Both the position numbers and the translations under genes were made by a program. A stretch of DNA of 64,000 bases from NCBI GenBank assembly GCA_044432745.1, contig JAWXUH010000005.1:29672-93671 (forward strand), in the 5' to 3' direction. The notes beneath the pieces were generated by a model. That model was not told the DNA's origin, searched no databases, and saw only the letters and a program-made list of their open reading frames with translations. Numbering within the stretch: the first letter of the stretch is position 1; each line of letters starts with the position of its first letter. Below, in pieces: positions 48,668 to 59,549 of the stretch. This DNA comes from a bacterium. GTDB taxonomy: Bacteria > Bacillota_I > Bacilli_A > RF39 > UBA660.

Positions 48668-49693
48668 TTGATGAAAAGAAATTTTAAAATGATGGGAGTT
48701 GCTTGTGCAAGTTTATTCTTATTAACTGGATGTGGTGAAATTCCACAACTTCAGAATGGACAGGATGCTGTAGTATCATTTGAAGGCATTGATGGAATTA
48801 GTGTTGAAACATTATATAATGATTTAAAATTAAATTATGGATTAAATACTTTATTAACTTTAATTGATAAACAAGTTTATGAAGCCGAATTTCCAGATCA
48901 TATGGAAGATGCCAAAGAATACGCTACTTCTTATTTAGAAAGTATGATTAGTTACTATGGAAGTGAAGAAGATTTATTAGCACAATTAACTGGTTCTTTT
49001 GCTTCACTTGATTCATATGAAAATTATTTGTATGTTGCTTATTTACAAAATATCGCAATTGAAGATTACAGTAAATCATTAATAACAGATAAACAAGTTC
49101 AAAAATATTATGATGAAGAGTATTATGCAGACGTAACTTTATCTCATATATTAATAACATCTGATGCATCTAGTACTGCTACTGACGAAGAAGTTGAAGA
49201 AGCTTCATTAGAAGCTAAAGCTACTGCTAAAGAAGTTATTGATTTATTAAAAGAAGCTAAAGCTAATGGAGATGACATTGAAGAAGTTTTTGCAGAGTTA
49301 GCACTTGAATATTCTGATGATGCTGGTTCAAAATCTGACGGTGGTTTATTTGGAACTTTAAATTATGAAGATTTAGATAGTACATACGATGAATTAATTG
49401 CATCAGCAATTACTTTAAAAGATGGAGAATTCTCTACTGTTGTTATTGAAACTGAATTAGGTTTTCATGTAATACTTAAAAATGAAACTTTAGAAAAGAA
49501 ATCACTAGAAGATGCTACTGATTTAATAACTGAAGTATTATCTACTAATGCTCTTTCTACTGATTCAACTATTATCTTAGAGGGTCTTGCACATTTTAGA
49601 GAAAAATATGGTTTCTCTATTCATGATGAAGATTTAGAAGATGAATACAGTCAGTATATGAAAGATTTAGAAAAACAAGTTTTAGGATATTAA
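48668..49693 (+). CDS. prsA: PrsA-like parvulin foldase lipoprotein
   Basis: Lipobox LLTGC, SHILI, FAELA.EYSDD.GS..DGG, TELGFHVI. Confidence 0.88.
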   Translation: MMKRNFKMMGVACASLFLLTGCGEIPQLQNGQDAVVSFEGIDGISVETLYNDLKLNYGLNTLLTLIDKQVYEAEFPDHMEDAKEYATSYLESMISYYGSEEDLLAQLTGSFASLDSYENYLYVAYLQNIAIEDYSKSLITDKQVQKYYDEEYYADVTLSHILITSDASSTATDEEVEEASLEAKATAKEVIDLLKEAKANGDDIEEVFAELALEYSDDAGSKSDGGLFGTLNYEDLDSTYDELIASAITLKDGEFSTVVIETELGFHVILKNETLEKKSLEDATDLITEVLSTNALSTDSTIILEGLAHFREKYGFSIHDEDLEDEYSQYMKDLEKQVLGY

Positions 49694-49724
49694 AAAAAAT
49701 TAGAATTAACTTTCTAATTTTTTT
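49693..49724 (+). terminator. Intrinsic terminator after prsA
   Basis: AAAAAAATTAGAA-ttaact-TTCTAATTTTTTT inverted repeat. Confidence 0.6.
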
Positions 49725-49914
49725 ATTTTAAATATTATTTTTATATCATTTAAACATTTATCTAATTTACATTATTCGATAGAGATATTAACTATATACA
49801 CTTTCATTGCATCTCAGAGATAGATTTTAATATATCAATTAAACATTTTGACAATAAATAATTATATATAATAATAAGAATAGAAGAAATAAAAAACTAC
49901 ACTGCACGTGTAGT

Positions 49915-50649
49915 TTATAATTTAAATTTATTTATATTTTCTAATTCAAATCCTTTTTTTAACAATTCATTTTTTATATCTTTATTGTTCTTTTCATATT
50001 TTATTTTTAATTTATTATACAAATCTTTTAATATATCAAATTCATTTTCTATATCTCTTATATTATAATGAAAATTATATCCCATATTATATATATATGA
50101 TTTAGTTTTTTGTTTAAACATTTTATTTGATTCTTTACGATTTGATTTTATTTTCTTTTCTATTATTTTATTTATTTTTTTTAACCAAAAATCCTCAGTG
50201 TAAATTTCTAACAATTCTTCTATTTCATTTACTTGAAAACCTTTATACACTAACTCAGCTTTAATTTTATCTGGGCCGTGCAGTGTTAAATTCACTTGAT
50301 CATTAATGTAAGATTTCATATATTCTTTATCATTAATTAAATTCAATTTTTCTAGTTTCCATATAATTTCTTCTATATCTGATTGATCATCTATATCTTG
50401 TTTTAATTTTTTTACTATTTCTTTTTTAGTTTGTTTCTTTTTTAATAATAAATTTCTTGTTTTAAAATATAAATTCATATTATTATCATATTTTTTAATA
50501 TCAATTAGAAATTTTTCATTAATTTCTTTACCCTTTGTAAGAGAAAACTTTATTATTGTTTCGTCATACAAACTTACTGCAGTATTATTATTAAATGCTA
50601 TTTTATATACATTTGTTTTTTTTTGCGTTAAAGAAATTATTTGTATCAT
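49915..50649 (-). CDS. recX: Regulatory protein RecX
   Basis: L...NLINDKEY..SY, GPDKIKAEL..KG and terminal L.KKGF repeats. Confidence 0.8.
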   Translation of the reverse strand: MIQIISLTQKKTNVYKIAFNNNTAVSLYDETIIKFSLTKGKEINEKFLIDIKKYDNNMNLYFKTRNLLLKKKQTKKEIVKKLKQDIDDQSDIEEIIWKLEKLNLINDKEYMKSYINDQVNLTLHGPDKIKAELVYKGFQVNEIEELLEIYTEDFWLKKINKIIEKKIKSNRKESNKMFKQKTKSYIYNMGYNFHYNIRDIENEFDILKDLYNKLKIKYEKNNKDIKNELLKKGFELENINKFKL

Positions 50650-51626
50650 GCTTCCTCGCTGGTATTATATTCCTCACATGCTTGATCTAAAGCTTCAAAA
50701 AGCAATTGAATATCTTCCTCATTTTTGATTCTACAACCACTCGCAAATTTATGGCCACCACCATTGAATTGATTTGCCACTTTATTTATTACAGGTCCTC
50801 TACTTCTTATATTAACTTTGTATACATTGTTTCTTTCGTCATATGTTACAAAACACCAACATATTAATTCTTTTATGAAGTAAAAATCATTAACCATGTT
50901 TGCAGGTGTTGTAGTTTCAACACCAAATTTTTTAATATCTTCAGTACTTATTTCTACTGAACCAAATTTATTTTCTGTAATTTTAACTGTTGAAATTAAG
51001 TGAGAATAAAATTTCAAATCTGAAATTTTTCTCTCATATAAATTTTCATATAATCCTGATAGATTAATTTCGTAATTTTTTAATAACTTAGTTACAACTT
51101 CAAATGTTCCTGCACTAGTATTAGCTAATAAAAATCTATCACTATCAAATACCATACCTACATATAATATTTCAGCAATATTTTTATCAATCTTCATCTT
51201 ACTTTCTATTAAAAAGTCTGCAAGCATTTCACAAGCCGATGATTTAGAATCATCTGTCCAATCAACTGTACCTACTATATCTTCTGCTGGATGATGATCT
51301 ATTTTTAATATTGCATCATAACTAAGATCATCAGGTAAATCTAATCTTGCAAAGTTTGGTAAATCTAATACTACTAATAAACATCCTGCTAGAGATTTAA
51401 AATCCGTTGGCTTATCTAAAATTCCTAAATATTTAAATTTAGACACTCCTGCTCCTACCGCATATACTTCTTTATTTGGAAACGTCATTCTTATAGAATC
51501 ACGTAAAGCAATTTGTGAACTTAAAGCATCTGGATCAGGACTAACGTGTCTACCTATAACTATTTTGTCATATTTCTTTATAATATTATATATATCTTTG
51601 TAGTTTTTATTTTTTTTATTAAACAT
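50646..51626 (-). CDS. nrnA: DHH/DHHA1 oligoribonuclease / pAp phosphatase
   Basis: H..PDPDA, IDHH, RS, GGGHKFASG. Confidence 0.9.
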   Translation of the reverse strand: MFNKKNKNYKDIYNIIKKYDKIVIGRHVSPDPDALSSQIALRDSIRMTFPNKEVYAVGAGVSKFKYLGILDKPTDFKSLAGCLLVVLDLPNFARLDLPDDLSYDAILKIDHHPAEDIVGTVDWTDDSKSSACEMLADFLIESKMKIDKNIAEILYVGMVFDSDRFLLANTSAGTFEVVTKLLKNYEINLSGLYENLYERKISDLKFYSHLISTVKITENKFGSVEISTEDIKKFGVETTTPANMVNDFYFIKELICWCFVTYDERNNVYKVNIRSRGPVINKVANQFNGGGHKFASGCRIKNEEDIQLLFEALDQACEEYNTSEEA

Positions 51627-51627
51627 A

Positions 51628-52809
51628 TTATTTATTTTTTAACTCCATTGTATCTAGCGCAATCATTAATTCTTCATTAGTTGGTACTACATACACTTCT
51701 ATTTTTGATTCTGGAGTACTAACTTTTACTAATTCTCCTCTTAATTTTAATTTTTCATCATCAATTACAACACCAAGTGATTTAACTCTTTTTAGAATTT
51801 CTCTCTTCATAACATAAGAATTTTCACCTAAACCTGCTGTAAATAATATTACATCTGCACCTTCTAGTGAGTTATTATACATTGCTATATAATTTGCTAT
51901 TCTTCTTGAATACATTTCTTCAGCCAATTTAGCTTGCTCGTTACCTTCTTGTTTTGCAGCTTCAACATCTCTTGCATCTGAACTTATTTCTGATATACCT
52001 AGCAATCCACTTTCTTTATTTAAAATTTTTATTATATCTTCTAAACTTTGTCCAGTCTTATTTGCCATGTACTCAATTATTCCTGCATCAATATCTCCTG
52101 CTCTTGTTCCCATCATTAACCCTGCAAGAGGTGTCATTCCCATAGATGTATCTATAACTTTACCTGCATCTATTGCTGCTAATGAACCTCCGTTACCAAT
52201 ATGACAAGATATTACTTTTAAATTATCTCTTCCTAATAATTCACTTATTGTTTTATTTACATATTTATGACTTGTTCCATGAAAACCATATTTTCTTACA
52301 GATAAATCTCTATACCAAGAATATGGTACTGGATACATATAAAACTCTGGATCCATTGTTTGATGAAAAGCAGTATCAAATACAGCTACATTTAAAACTC
52401 CTGGTAAAGCTTCCATAAAAGCTCTTACACCCATTATATTAGCTGGATTATGAAGAGGTGCTAAATCATTATATTTTTCAATATTTTTGATTATTTCTTC
52501 TGTTAATACTATTGATTCAGAATACTCACTTCCTCCGTGAACTAATCTATGACCAACACCATCTATTTCTTCTAAAGATTCAACAATCCCTAATTCTTTT
52601 AATTGATTTATTAATATTGAAACTGAAACACTATGGTTTTCTTGTTCTATTTCCTTTTCTATTTTTTTACCATTATATTTTATAGTATAAAAACTTCCTT
52701 CGATACCAATCTTTTCAAATAGCCCACTTGCTATTTCCTCGTTACTTGGTAATTCTATAAGCGTGAATTTCAAAGATGAACTTCCTGCATTTACTGATAA
52801 TATTTTCAT
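51628..52809 (-). CDS. ackA: Acetate kinase
   Basis: NAGSSSLK, GHRLVHGG, APLHNP, YGFHGTSH, PTNEE. Confidence 0.98.
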   Translation of the reverse strand: MKILSVNAGSSSLKFTLIELPSNEEIASGLFEKIGIEGSFYTIKYNGKKIEKEIEQENHSVSVSILINQLKELGIVESLEEIDGVGHRLVHGGSEYSESIVLTEEIIKNIEKYNDLAPLHNPANIMGVRAFMEALPGVLNVAVFDTAFHQTMDPEFYMYPVPYSWYRDLSVRKYGFHGTSHKYVNKTISELLGRDNLKVISCHIGNGGSLAAIDAGKVIDTSMGMTPLAGLMMGTRAGDIDAGIIEYMANKTGQSLEDIIKILNKESGLLGISEISSDARDVEAAKQEGNEQAKLAEEMYSRRIANYIAMYNNSLEGADVILFTAGLGENSYVMKREILKRVKSLGVVIDDEKLKLRGELVKVSTPESKIEVYVVPTNEELMIALDTMELKNK

Positions 52810-53047
52810 TTTTATTTTCTCCTTTTTTTAATTATACATAATATATTTAAATAATGCTATATAATTATACAAAATTTTATAATTTTACTCATATAAAGTT
52901 CTTCTTTTTTAGAAATTATTTATTTTTGATTTTTTTTATTTTTTTTGTATTTTTTTGTCAATTTCGAATATATATATCTTAATTGGTGATATAATATTTA
53001 ATATTCTTAACTGAATATTTAATTATTAAAAGGAGGATATTAATTTA

Positions 53048-53995
53048 ATGACTGAATATGAGATTTTAGATAAAAAAAATCTGTACGATAAAAAAACTTT
53101 ATTAGTAATAAAAAAGGCCTTAGACCTTAAAGAAGAATCTTTACTGATTCACTTAAAAAGTATCAAGGATAAATTAGATAGTAAGAAGGAGTTAGAAGAT
53201 TCAAGATTTTATAATTCTTTTATAGAGTCAATAAATCCTACTATATATATTGAACAAGACAAAGAACTTCATGATTTTCATGATGAAGATCAACTACTTC
53301 CTAGAAAAGATATTGTAAATAAATATTATAATAACATTGTCAAACAATTACAGGATATTGATGCTGAGAAACAATGTCCTTTAGAAATATTTATGAAGGT
53401 TAATTTTGATAATTTTGACTTTAAAAACATTGTAAAAGAAACTAGTAATATGAATCCATACTATTATAATATGCATGATGAATTTTTCTTTAAATGTTAT
53501 AGAGAATTAGATGAACTTCCTATTACATCAATTAACCCTAATAATAAAGATGATTTTCAAAACTTAATTTCTTTATTTACTGAGGTTCAACTACAAATTA
53601 TTAATGCAATATCACTAAGAAGTATTATCTCTAAAAGCGATAGACAATTAGCGATGATTAGCATTTCAAAAAAAGTATCAAGTGAAGAGATATATTTAGA
53701 GGAATACATGATAAAATTACAACGTAATATTGAAAAATTAATTATTAATTGTATGACACAAAATTATTATATTCTTTTAAAAAAATCTGGTAGTATTGAT
53801 GAACTTGAAATTGATAAACGTTTATTTGAACTAGATATTCTTAATAAGGAATTAAATGAAACAATAACTCTTCATTTAGCTAATTTTGAAGGTGTTTCAT
53901 TTTTACCTAAGAATTATACTAATGAATTTATTGATCAAATAAATAATATAAATACTTTTGTTATAACAAAACAATATAACAATGTTAAAGCATAA
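53048..53995 (+). CDS. Hypothetical protein
   Basis: 315-aa ORF with AGGAGG SD, own promoter and terminator. No motif recognised. Confidence 0.6.
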   Translation: MTEYEILDKKNLYDKKTLLVIKKALDLKEESLLIHLKSIKDKLDSKKELEDSRFYNSFIESINPTIYIEQDKELHDFHDEDQLLPRKDIVNKYYNNIVKQLQDIDAEKQCPLEIFMKVNFDNFDFKNIVKETSNMNPYYYNMHDEFFFKCYRELDELPITSINPNNKDDFQNLISLFTEVQLQIINAISLRSIISKSDRQLAMISISKKVSSEEIYLEEYMIKLQRNIEKLIINCMTQNYYILLKKSGSIDELEIDKRLFELDILNKELNETITLHLANFEGVSFLPKNYTNEFIDQINNINTFVITKQYNNVKA

Positions 53996-54022
53996 AAAAA
54001 GATAAAAATAATTTTATCTTTT

Positions 54023-54643
54023 TTAATTGTTGTAATCTATATCAAATTCAAGGATATCCCCTGTTATTGCATTAATTGTATATTCATATTCTGTATTACC
54101 TACTAAAAATTCAACTTCATACTCAACAATTCCATTATCGTAATCTAGTTCACACTTAGTATATCTTACACTAGAGGAACTTACTCCTGCATGTTCTACT
54201 GCTATAGCTTTAGCTTTTGTTTCTCCAATATAAGTTGTATTTGTATTATCACTTAAGTTTGAGTCTACTTTTATAGTCTTAATATTATATTCTAAAATTG
54301 ATCCTGTACTACTTTCTATTTCATATTCATATTCTTTTGTTTCAGTTACAAAATCTATTTCATAATAAATTATACCATCATCTGAATCTAACTGAGTTTT
54401 TATATATAATACTTCATCTGATGTTACTCCTGCATGATTTAACGCTATTTCTTTTATACTTTCTTCTGTTATTTCACCGTTTACTTGATTAGACAATATT
54501 GAATCTTTATAAACTTCATTTGAATTTAATATACTTTGTTTTTTATAGTCTTCTTTATCTTCATATAATTCATATATTCCATGTATTGATGCTACTAGTA
54601 ATATACCAATTATAGTATATTTGATTATTTGTTTCTTTTCCAT
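54023..54643 (-). CDS. PepSY-domain (x2) membrane-anchored protein
   Basis: Two copies of IA..HAGV...D.D.G...YE..F.....EYEY.I...TG.IL. Confidence 0.88.
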   Translation of the reverse strand: MEKKQIIKYTIIGILLVASIHGIYELYEDKEDYKKQSILNSNEVYKDSILSNQVNGEITEESIKEIALNHAGVTSDEVLYIKTQLDSDDGIIYYEIDFVTETKEYEYEIESSTGSILEYNIKTIKVDSNLSDNTNTTYIGETKAKAIAVEHAGVSSSSVRYTKCELDYDNGIVEYEVEFLVGNTEYEYTINAITGDILEFDIDYNN

Positions 54644-54700
54644 TTTATTTCCTCTTTCTTATTACACACTTCTTGTAATTGATATTAGTATATTACTGAA

Positions 54701-54720
54701 TTATTAAAGTAAGATTAAAA
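54701..54720 (-). promoter_or_regulatory. Putative response-regulator box upstream of pepSY
   Basis: TTTTAATCTTACTTTAATAA (minus strand), 8 nt before TATACT. 18/20 identical to 56776-56795. Confidence 0.6.
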
Positions 54721-54722
54721 TT

Positions 54723-56078
54723 TTAGTTTTTTTTAAAATTTATTATAAAAGTTGTACCTTTATTAACTTTACTTTCAACTATTATATTAGATTCGTGTAA
54801 ATTTATTATCTCTTTTACCATAGATAGTCCTAATCCCATACTATTTTGTTCGTTATTTCTTGAAGGTTCAACTTGATAAAAACGTTGCCATATTTTATTT
54901 AAATTCTCTTGCTTGATACCTATTCCATTATCTTTTATTTTGAACTTGATATCATCTTTATTTTCTTCTAAAGTAATCTCTATAACACCATTTTCTTTTC
55001 CATATTTATACGCATTACTTATTAAATTAGATATTGCTCTTATTATTAAATCACTATCACAATTTAAATATATATCTTTCTTAATATCATATTTTAATTC
55101 TATTTTTTTTTCTCTTATAAGTTTTTGTTCTTCACATATTACTTCTATTAATGTACTAAGATTTTCTTCTTGATAATCTAATTTATAATTCTTGTTGTCT
55201 ATTCTTGCTATTTCTAATAAATTGTTTATTATTCTTATCATTTTACTAGCTTGCCTTCTTATTACTTCTAAGGAATGATCCTTCTCTTCTTGAGTTATAT
55301 TTTTATCTAGAGCATACTCTGTTTGAGCGAGTATTACAGATGTTGGTGTTCTTAATTCATGAGATACGTCAGATGAAAATTGTTTTTCATTACTATATGC
55401 CTCTTCTAAGTGATCAAGCATTTCATTAAACATACTACCTAACATATATATTTCATCTTTATTTTTTGTTAAATTATTTCTTATTGAAAAATCTTTTTCT
55501 TTTTTTATTTTATCTGCTGTACTTATCATATTCATTATAGGATTAAAAGCTTTTTTAGATATGTTATAGCAACCTATTGCAGAAATCAATACTATTAATG
55601 GAAGCAATATACATGCTATGTAATACGTTTCTGTTACCACTATATCATCGTTATATAATGCTATTCCTCTTACCCATATACCTTCTCCTAATTCTATGTA
55701 TTTATCATACATATAATATAACTCATCATCTATCATCTTACTTGTTATTTTGTTATCTGATAACATACTATCTATATATGGGATATCTGATTGATGTGAT
55801 TGAATTAATAAACCTTCATTACTATATACATACAAATATATTTCCTTTTCATAAAATGTCATTTTATTTAAATTAAATAGTCCATCTATGTAATTAATTT
55901 CTTCACTGTTTTTTTCTACTATTTCTTCCAGTTGTAGAGCTATATTTTCTTTTATTATTTTTTTACTTGTATACAACATAAATACTATTACTATCGTAAC
56001 TATTATCAACATAAATCCTGCATTTAATAATGCAACTTTTAATTTTATAGATAAACCTTTATTCTTCTTTTGCAACAT
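54723..56078 (-). CDS. HAMP sensor histidine kinase
   Basis: Two TMs, SHELRTP, NLISNAYKY, DNGIGI, GLGLS. Confidence 0.95.
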   Translation of the reverse strand: MLQKKNKGLSIKLKVALLNAGFMLIIVTIVIVFMLYTSKKIIKENIALQLEEIVEKNSEEINYIDGLFNLNKMTFYEKEIYLYVYSNEGLLIQSHQSDIPYIDSMLSDNKITSKMIDDELYYMYDKYIELGEGIWVRGIALYNDDIVVTETYYIACILLPLIVLISAIGCYNISKKAFNPIMNMISTADKIKKEKDFSIRNNLTKNKDEIYMLGSMFNEMLDHLEEAYSNEKQFSSDVSHELRTPTSVILAQTEYALDKNITQEEKDHSLEVIRRQASKMIRIINNLLEIARIDNKNYKLDYQEENLSTLIEVICEEQKLIREKKIELKYDIKKDIYLNCDSDLIIRAISNLISNAYKYGKENGVIEITLEENKDDIKFKIKDNGIGIKQENLNKIWQRFYQVEPSRNNEQNSMGLGLSMVKEIINLHESNIIVESKVNKGTTFIINFKKN

Positions 56079-56730
56079 AACCTGCTCCTCTTATAGTATG
56101 TATTATTTTGTTATCATATTGATCATCTATCTTCTTTCTTAAATACCTTATATATACATCTATCATATTAGAAGCTCCTTCGTATTCAAAATTCCATAGA
56201 GCATTTTCTATCTTTTCTCTTGATAAAACAATGTTTTTATTTATCAACATATACTTTAATATTGAAAACTCTTTAGATGATAATTTTATTATTTCATTAT
56301 TTCTTATTACCTCATGTGTTTTTATATTTAATGTTAAATCATATATTTTTAATACATTATCATTTGTTAATGCATTTTTTCTTGTTACTACCCTTATCCT
56401 TGCTAATAGTTCTTCAAACATAAAAGGTTTTACTATATAGTCACTTGCTCCTAAATCTAAACCATTTATCTTATCTTGTATATCATCTCTTGCTGTTAAA
56501 AATATAACTGGCGTTTCTATATTCATATCTCTAAGCATTCTTATAAACGTAAATCCATCTAAAACTGGCATAGATATATCTGATATGATTAAATCGTATG
56601 TTGTTGTTCTTACCATATCTAGTGCATCTTTACCATTGCAAGAAGTATCTACTATGTATTTGTTTTTTTCTAACTGTTTACATATTATGTTATTCAAGTC
56701 TTTTTCGTCTTCTACTACTAATATTTTCAT
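56059..56730 (-). CDS. OmpR-family response regulator
   Basis: ILVVEDE, DISMP, FLTA, KPF, IHTIRGAGY. Confidence 0.96.
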   Translation of the reverse strand: MKILVVEDEKDLNNIICKQLEKNKYIVDTSCNGKDALDMVRTTTYDLIISDISMPVLDGFTFIRMLRDMNIETPVIFLTARDDIQDKINGLDLGASDYIVKPFMFEELLARIRVVTRKNALTNDNVLKIYDLTLNIKTHEVIRNNEIIKLSSKEFSILKYMLINKNIVLSREKIENALWNFEYEGASNMIDVYIRYLRKKIDDQYDNKIIHTIRGAGYVAKEE

Positions 56731-56775
56731 TATATATCTCCTTTTTTTAGTAATTAAATGTATTATAATATCATT

Positions 56776-56795
56776 TTATTAAAATTAGATTAAAA
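56776..56795 (-). promoter_or_regulatory. Putative autoregulatory response-regulator box
   Basis: TTTTAATCTAATTTTAATAA (minus strand), 8 nt before TATAAT. Confidence 0.6.
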
Positions 56796-56811
56796 AAGAA
56801 ACGTAGTTATA

Positions 56812-57174
56812 CTACATTTCTTTTTTACTTGCTTTTTCTAAAGCTTCCTTTGGATCCATTTTTAAATGAGTATTTATTTTTCTCTCAGGAGTTGGCATAA
56901 CCATAGATATCCCTATAAGAATAAATACTGTAGGTATTAATAAATTTAATCCTATAACACCATTACTCCATAATAATAAAAATAATCCTATTATTAAATA
57001 TATAACTCCTGTTTTATATTTTTTATCGTATAATTCTCCTAATGCAGGGATTATTATTAACATAGTCCACCATCCATTTAAAAGTATTTCTACATTCCAA
57101 ATATCTAGCGCATTACCTGATAATATTAAACCTACAATAATAATACATATACCTAAAAATTTAGTTTTATTCAC
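56812..57174 (-). CDS. LiaF-TM-like four-helix membrane protein
   Basis: GWWT.LIIIP, GV.Y.IIG..LL. GTG start with AAGGAG SD. Confidence 0.6.
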   Translation of the reverse strand: MNKTKFLGICIIIVGLILSGNALDIWNVEILLNGWWTMLIIIPALGELYDKKYKTGVIYLIIGLFLLLWSNGVIGLNLLIPTVFILIGISMVMPTPERKINTHLKMDPKEALEKASKKEM

Positions 57175-57225
57175 AACAAATCACTCCTTCTTATATATGA
57201 TTATATCATATATAATTAACATCTT

Positions 57226-59181
57226 TTATATTTTACTATTGTAATCTTTTATTAATTGTACTGTGTTTTTTATTCCTAGTTTTGAAATATCAATTACTAA
57301 ATCATAATTTTCTAAATTATCTATATCTTTTCCTGTAAAATATTTATAATATTTTTTTCTATTACTATTTATTTTATTTAATTGTTTTTTCATTTCCTTT
57401 TTACTCTTATTTTTATCTTTTTCATTCTTTTCATATAACCTATTTAACATGTCTTCTTCATCAGAATTATGTATATATATTTTTAATATATTTTGATCTT
57501 TTAATATATAATCAGAACAACATCCTATGAATATTGAATTACCTTTTTTACTTAATTTAGTTATTACCTCAGAATGTTTTTCATATACATCAACTGATAA
57601 ATTTTCATTATATTTTTTAAAAGAAGTTGCAAATTTAAAATCGTAATTTTGAGAAAAATTTACTGAACTATATTTTTCTAAATAATCATCCGATATACCT
57701 TTTTGATTTATTACATCGTTTATAATGTCTTCATCGTAATAATTATACCCAAGTACTTCAGACAACCTCTTACCAATTTCTTTTCCACCTGAACTAAAAC
57801 TTCTATTAATTGTAATGATGTTATATTTTTTATTTACTTTTCTTACTTTATTTACCTTTTTACTTCCATACATATATATTTCTTTATATTTGTTAATAAA
57901 ATATATTGATATAAACATAGTTATAAATTCTGCTATTGGTACTGCTATCCATACTCCATTTATTCCGTATATATTAGGTAATACCAATAATAGTACACTT
58001 ATTAAACCTAGCGTTCTTATTATAGATATACCTGCTGATATCTTACCATTAGAAAATGCTGTAAACATACCTGTTGTAAATATGTTGAATCCTGAACATA
58101 TAAATGCAAATACAAAGATCCTTAAACCACTTGATGATAGTTCATAAGCTTCCGTACCTTTTGCTGAAAATAAAGATGCTAAATTATTTGAAAATATTAA
58201 ACCTACTGAAAAACTTATTAAAGATATAAATGCTATTATTTTTATACTGCAATTAAATATTTCTTTTAATTTGACTACATCTTTCTTACCATAATTATAT
58301 CCTATTATAGGCGCTATTCCTATTGAATATCCAAGGAAGATTGAACTTAAAAAGAATTGAATATATAAAATAATTGTTATAGCAGAAACTCCAATGTCTC
58401 CTACTAATTTAATCATAGCTGCATTAAACAAAAATGTTGTTACAGCAGATGCTAAGTTTGTAACCATCTCTGATGATCCATTTATACATGCACTTAATAT
58501 AATTTTAGAATCTAGCACAGGTTTAACTATATATAAAGTTCCTTTTTCTTTTTTAAACATAACCGTTAATGACACTAACGTTGGTATCAAATATCCTATA
58601 GCTGTTGTAATAGCTAAACCTTTTATACCCACGTTATAATAACCTAATAAAATACAACCTAAAGTTATTTTTACAATACCACTTATTATCATCGATTTAA
58701 AATATACAAACGCTTTTCCTTTTACTACCATTATGTTTTGAAATATTGTTTGTAATATTAATATTGATGAAAAGCAAGACAATATTTTTAAGTAATCATA
58801 TGCATATTGATATGTTTCATTGCTTGTTCCAAGAAAAGTTAATATACTTTCTATATTTAATTGTATTAATAACGTAAATATTACACCTACAGTAGTTGCA
58901 ACTAATATTATAGATGTCATAGTCTCTCTTGCTACCTGACTTTTACCCTCTCCTATCAATTTACTACATATTGCACTTGATCCAGTACCAAACATTAATC
59001 CTACTGCTAAAAACAACGATGTTGTTGGAAATACTAAATTTATTGCAGCTAATGCTTTTTCGTTTACAAAGTTTGATGCTATTATTCCATCTGACATTGC
59101 AAATATTGATGTAAATACCATTGTCATAATACATGGTAATACAAACTTGAAAATATTTCTTTTATTTATCTCAAAATTCAT
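57226..59181 (-). CDS. MATE efflux transporter fused to cytidylate-kinase-like domain
   Basis: MATE body (DG.I...FV...ALAA.NL, PIIGYNYG, GVWIAVPIAE), then IITINRSFSSGGKEIG...YDLVID.S.LG. Confidence 0.85.
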   Translation of the reverse strand: MNFEINKRNIFKFVLPCIMTMVFTSIFAMSDGIIASNFVNEKALAAINLVFPTTSLFLAVGLMFGTGSSAICSKLIGEGKSQVARETMTSIILVATTVGVIFTLLIQLNIESILTFLGTSNETYQYAYDYLKILSCFSSILILQTIFQNIMVVKGKAFVYFKSMIISGIVKITLGCILLGYYNVGIKGLAITTAIGYLIPTLVSLTVMFKKEKGTLYIVKPVLDSKIILSACINGSSEMVTNLASAVTTFLFNAAMIKLVGDIGVSAITIILYIQFFLSSIFLGYSIGIAPIIGYNYGKKDVVKLKEIFNCSIKIIAFISLISFSVGLIFSNNLASLFSAKGTEAYELSSSGLRIFVFAFICSGFNIFTTGMFTAFSNGKISAGISIIRTLGLISVLLLVLPNIYGINGVWIAVPIAEFITMFISIYFINKYKEIYMYGSKKVNKVRKVNKKYNIITINRSFSSGGKEIGKRLSEVLGYNYYDEDIINDVINQKGISDDYLEKYSSVNFSQNYDFKFATSFKKYNENLSVDVYEKHSEVITKLSKKGNSIFIGCCSDYILKDQNILKIYIHNSDEEDMLNRLYEKNEKDKNKSKKEMKKQLNKINSNRKKYYKYFTGKDIDNLENYDLVIDISKLGIKNTVQLIKDYNSKI

Positions 59182-59242
59182 TTTTAAATTTTCCTTTCAT
59201 ATAATCTTTTCAATAAAAAAATTCTTTTTTTAAAGAATTATT

Positions 59243-59428
59243 TTATCTTCTTTTATCACTTTCACACTCTTCAGCTACTCTTTTAATTTGACTTTCTATT
59301 TCACCTTTTTGTTGTATTAAAGACCAAAATTTTCTTACTTTTTCGTCTTTTAATAATTCACTTATTTGTTCACTCATTCCTTCTTTTTGTTTTTCTAAAT
59401 CTTCTAATAATTCTTTGTAAAAATCCAT
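59243..59428 (-). CDS. Small coiled-coil hypothetical protein
   Basis: 61-aa charged helical ORF followed by a hairpin. Confidence 0.5.
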   Translation of the reverse strand: MDFYKELLEDLEKQKEGMSEQISELLKDEKVRKFWSLIQQKGEIESQIKRVAEECESDKRR

Positions 59429-59549
59429 ATACTTTATTCATATTATTTACTATAATATGCTCCTTGCGATATATAATACTACAACTCTTTCTTTTTTGCA
59501 ATTTTATTTAATAAAAAAAATATATTAATTTCTTAATATATTTTAGTTT

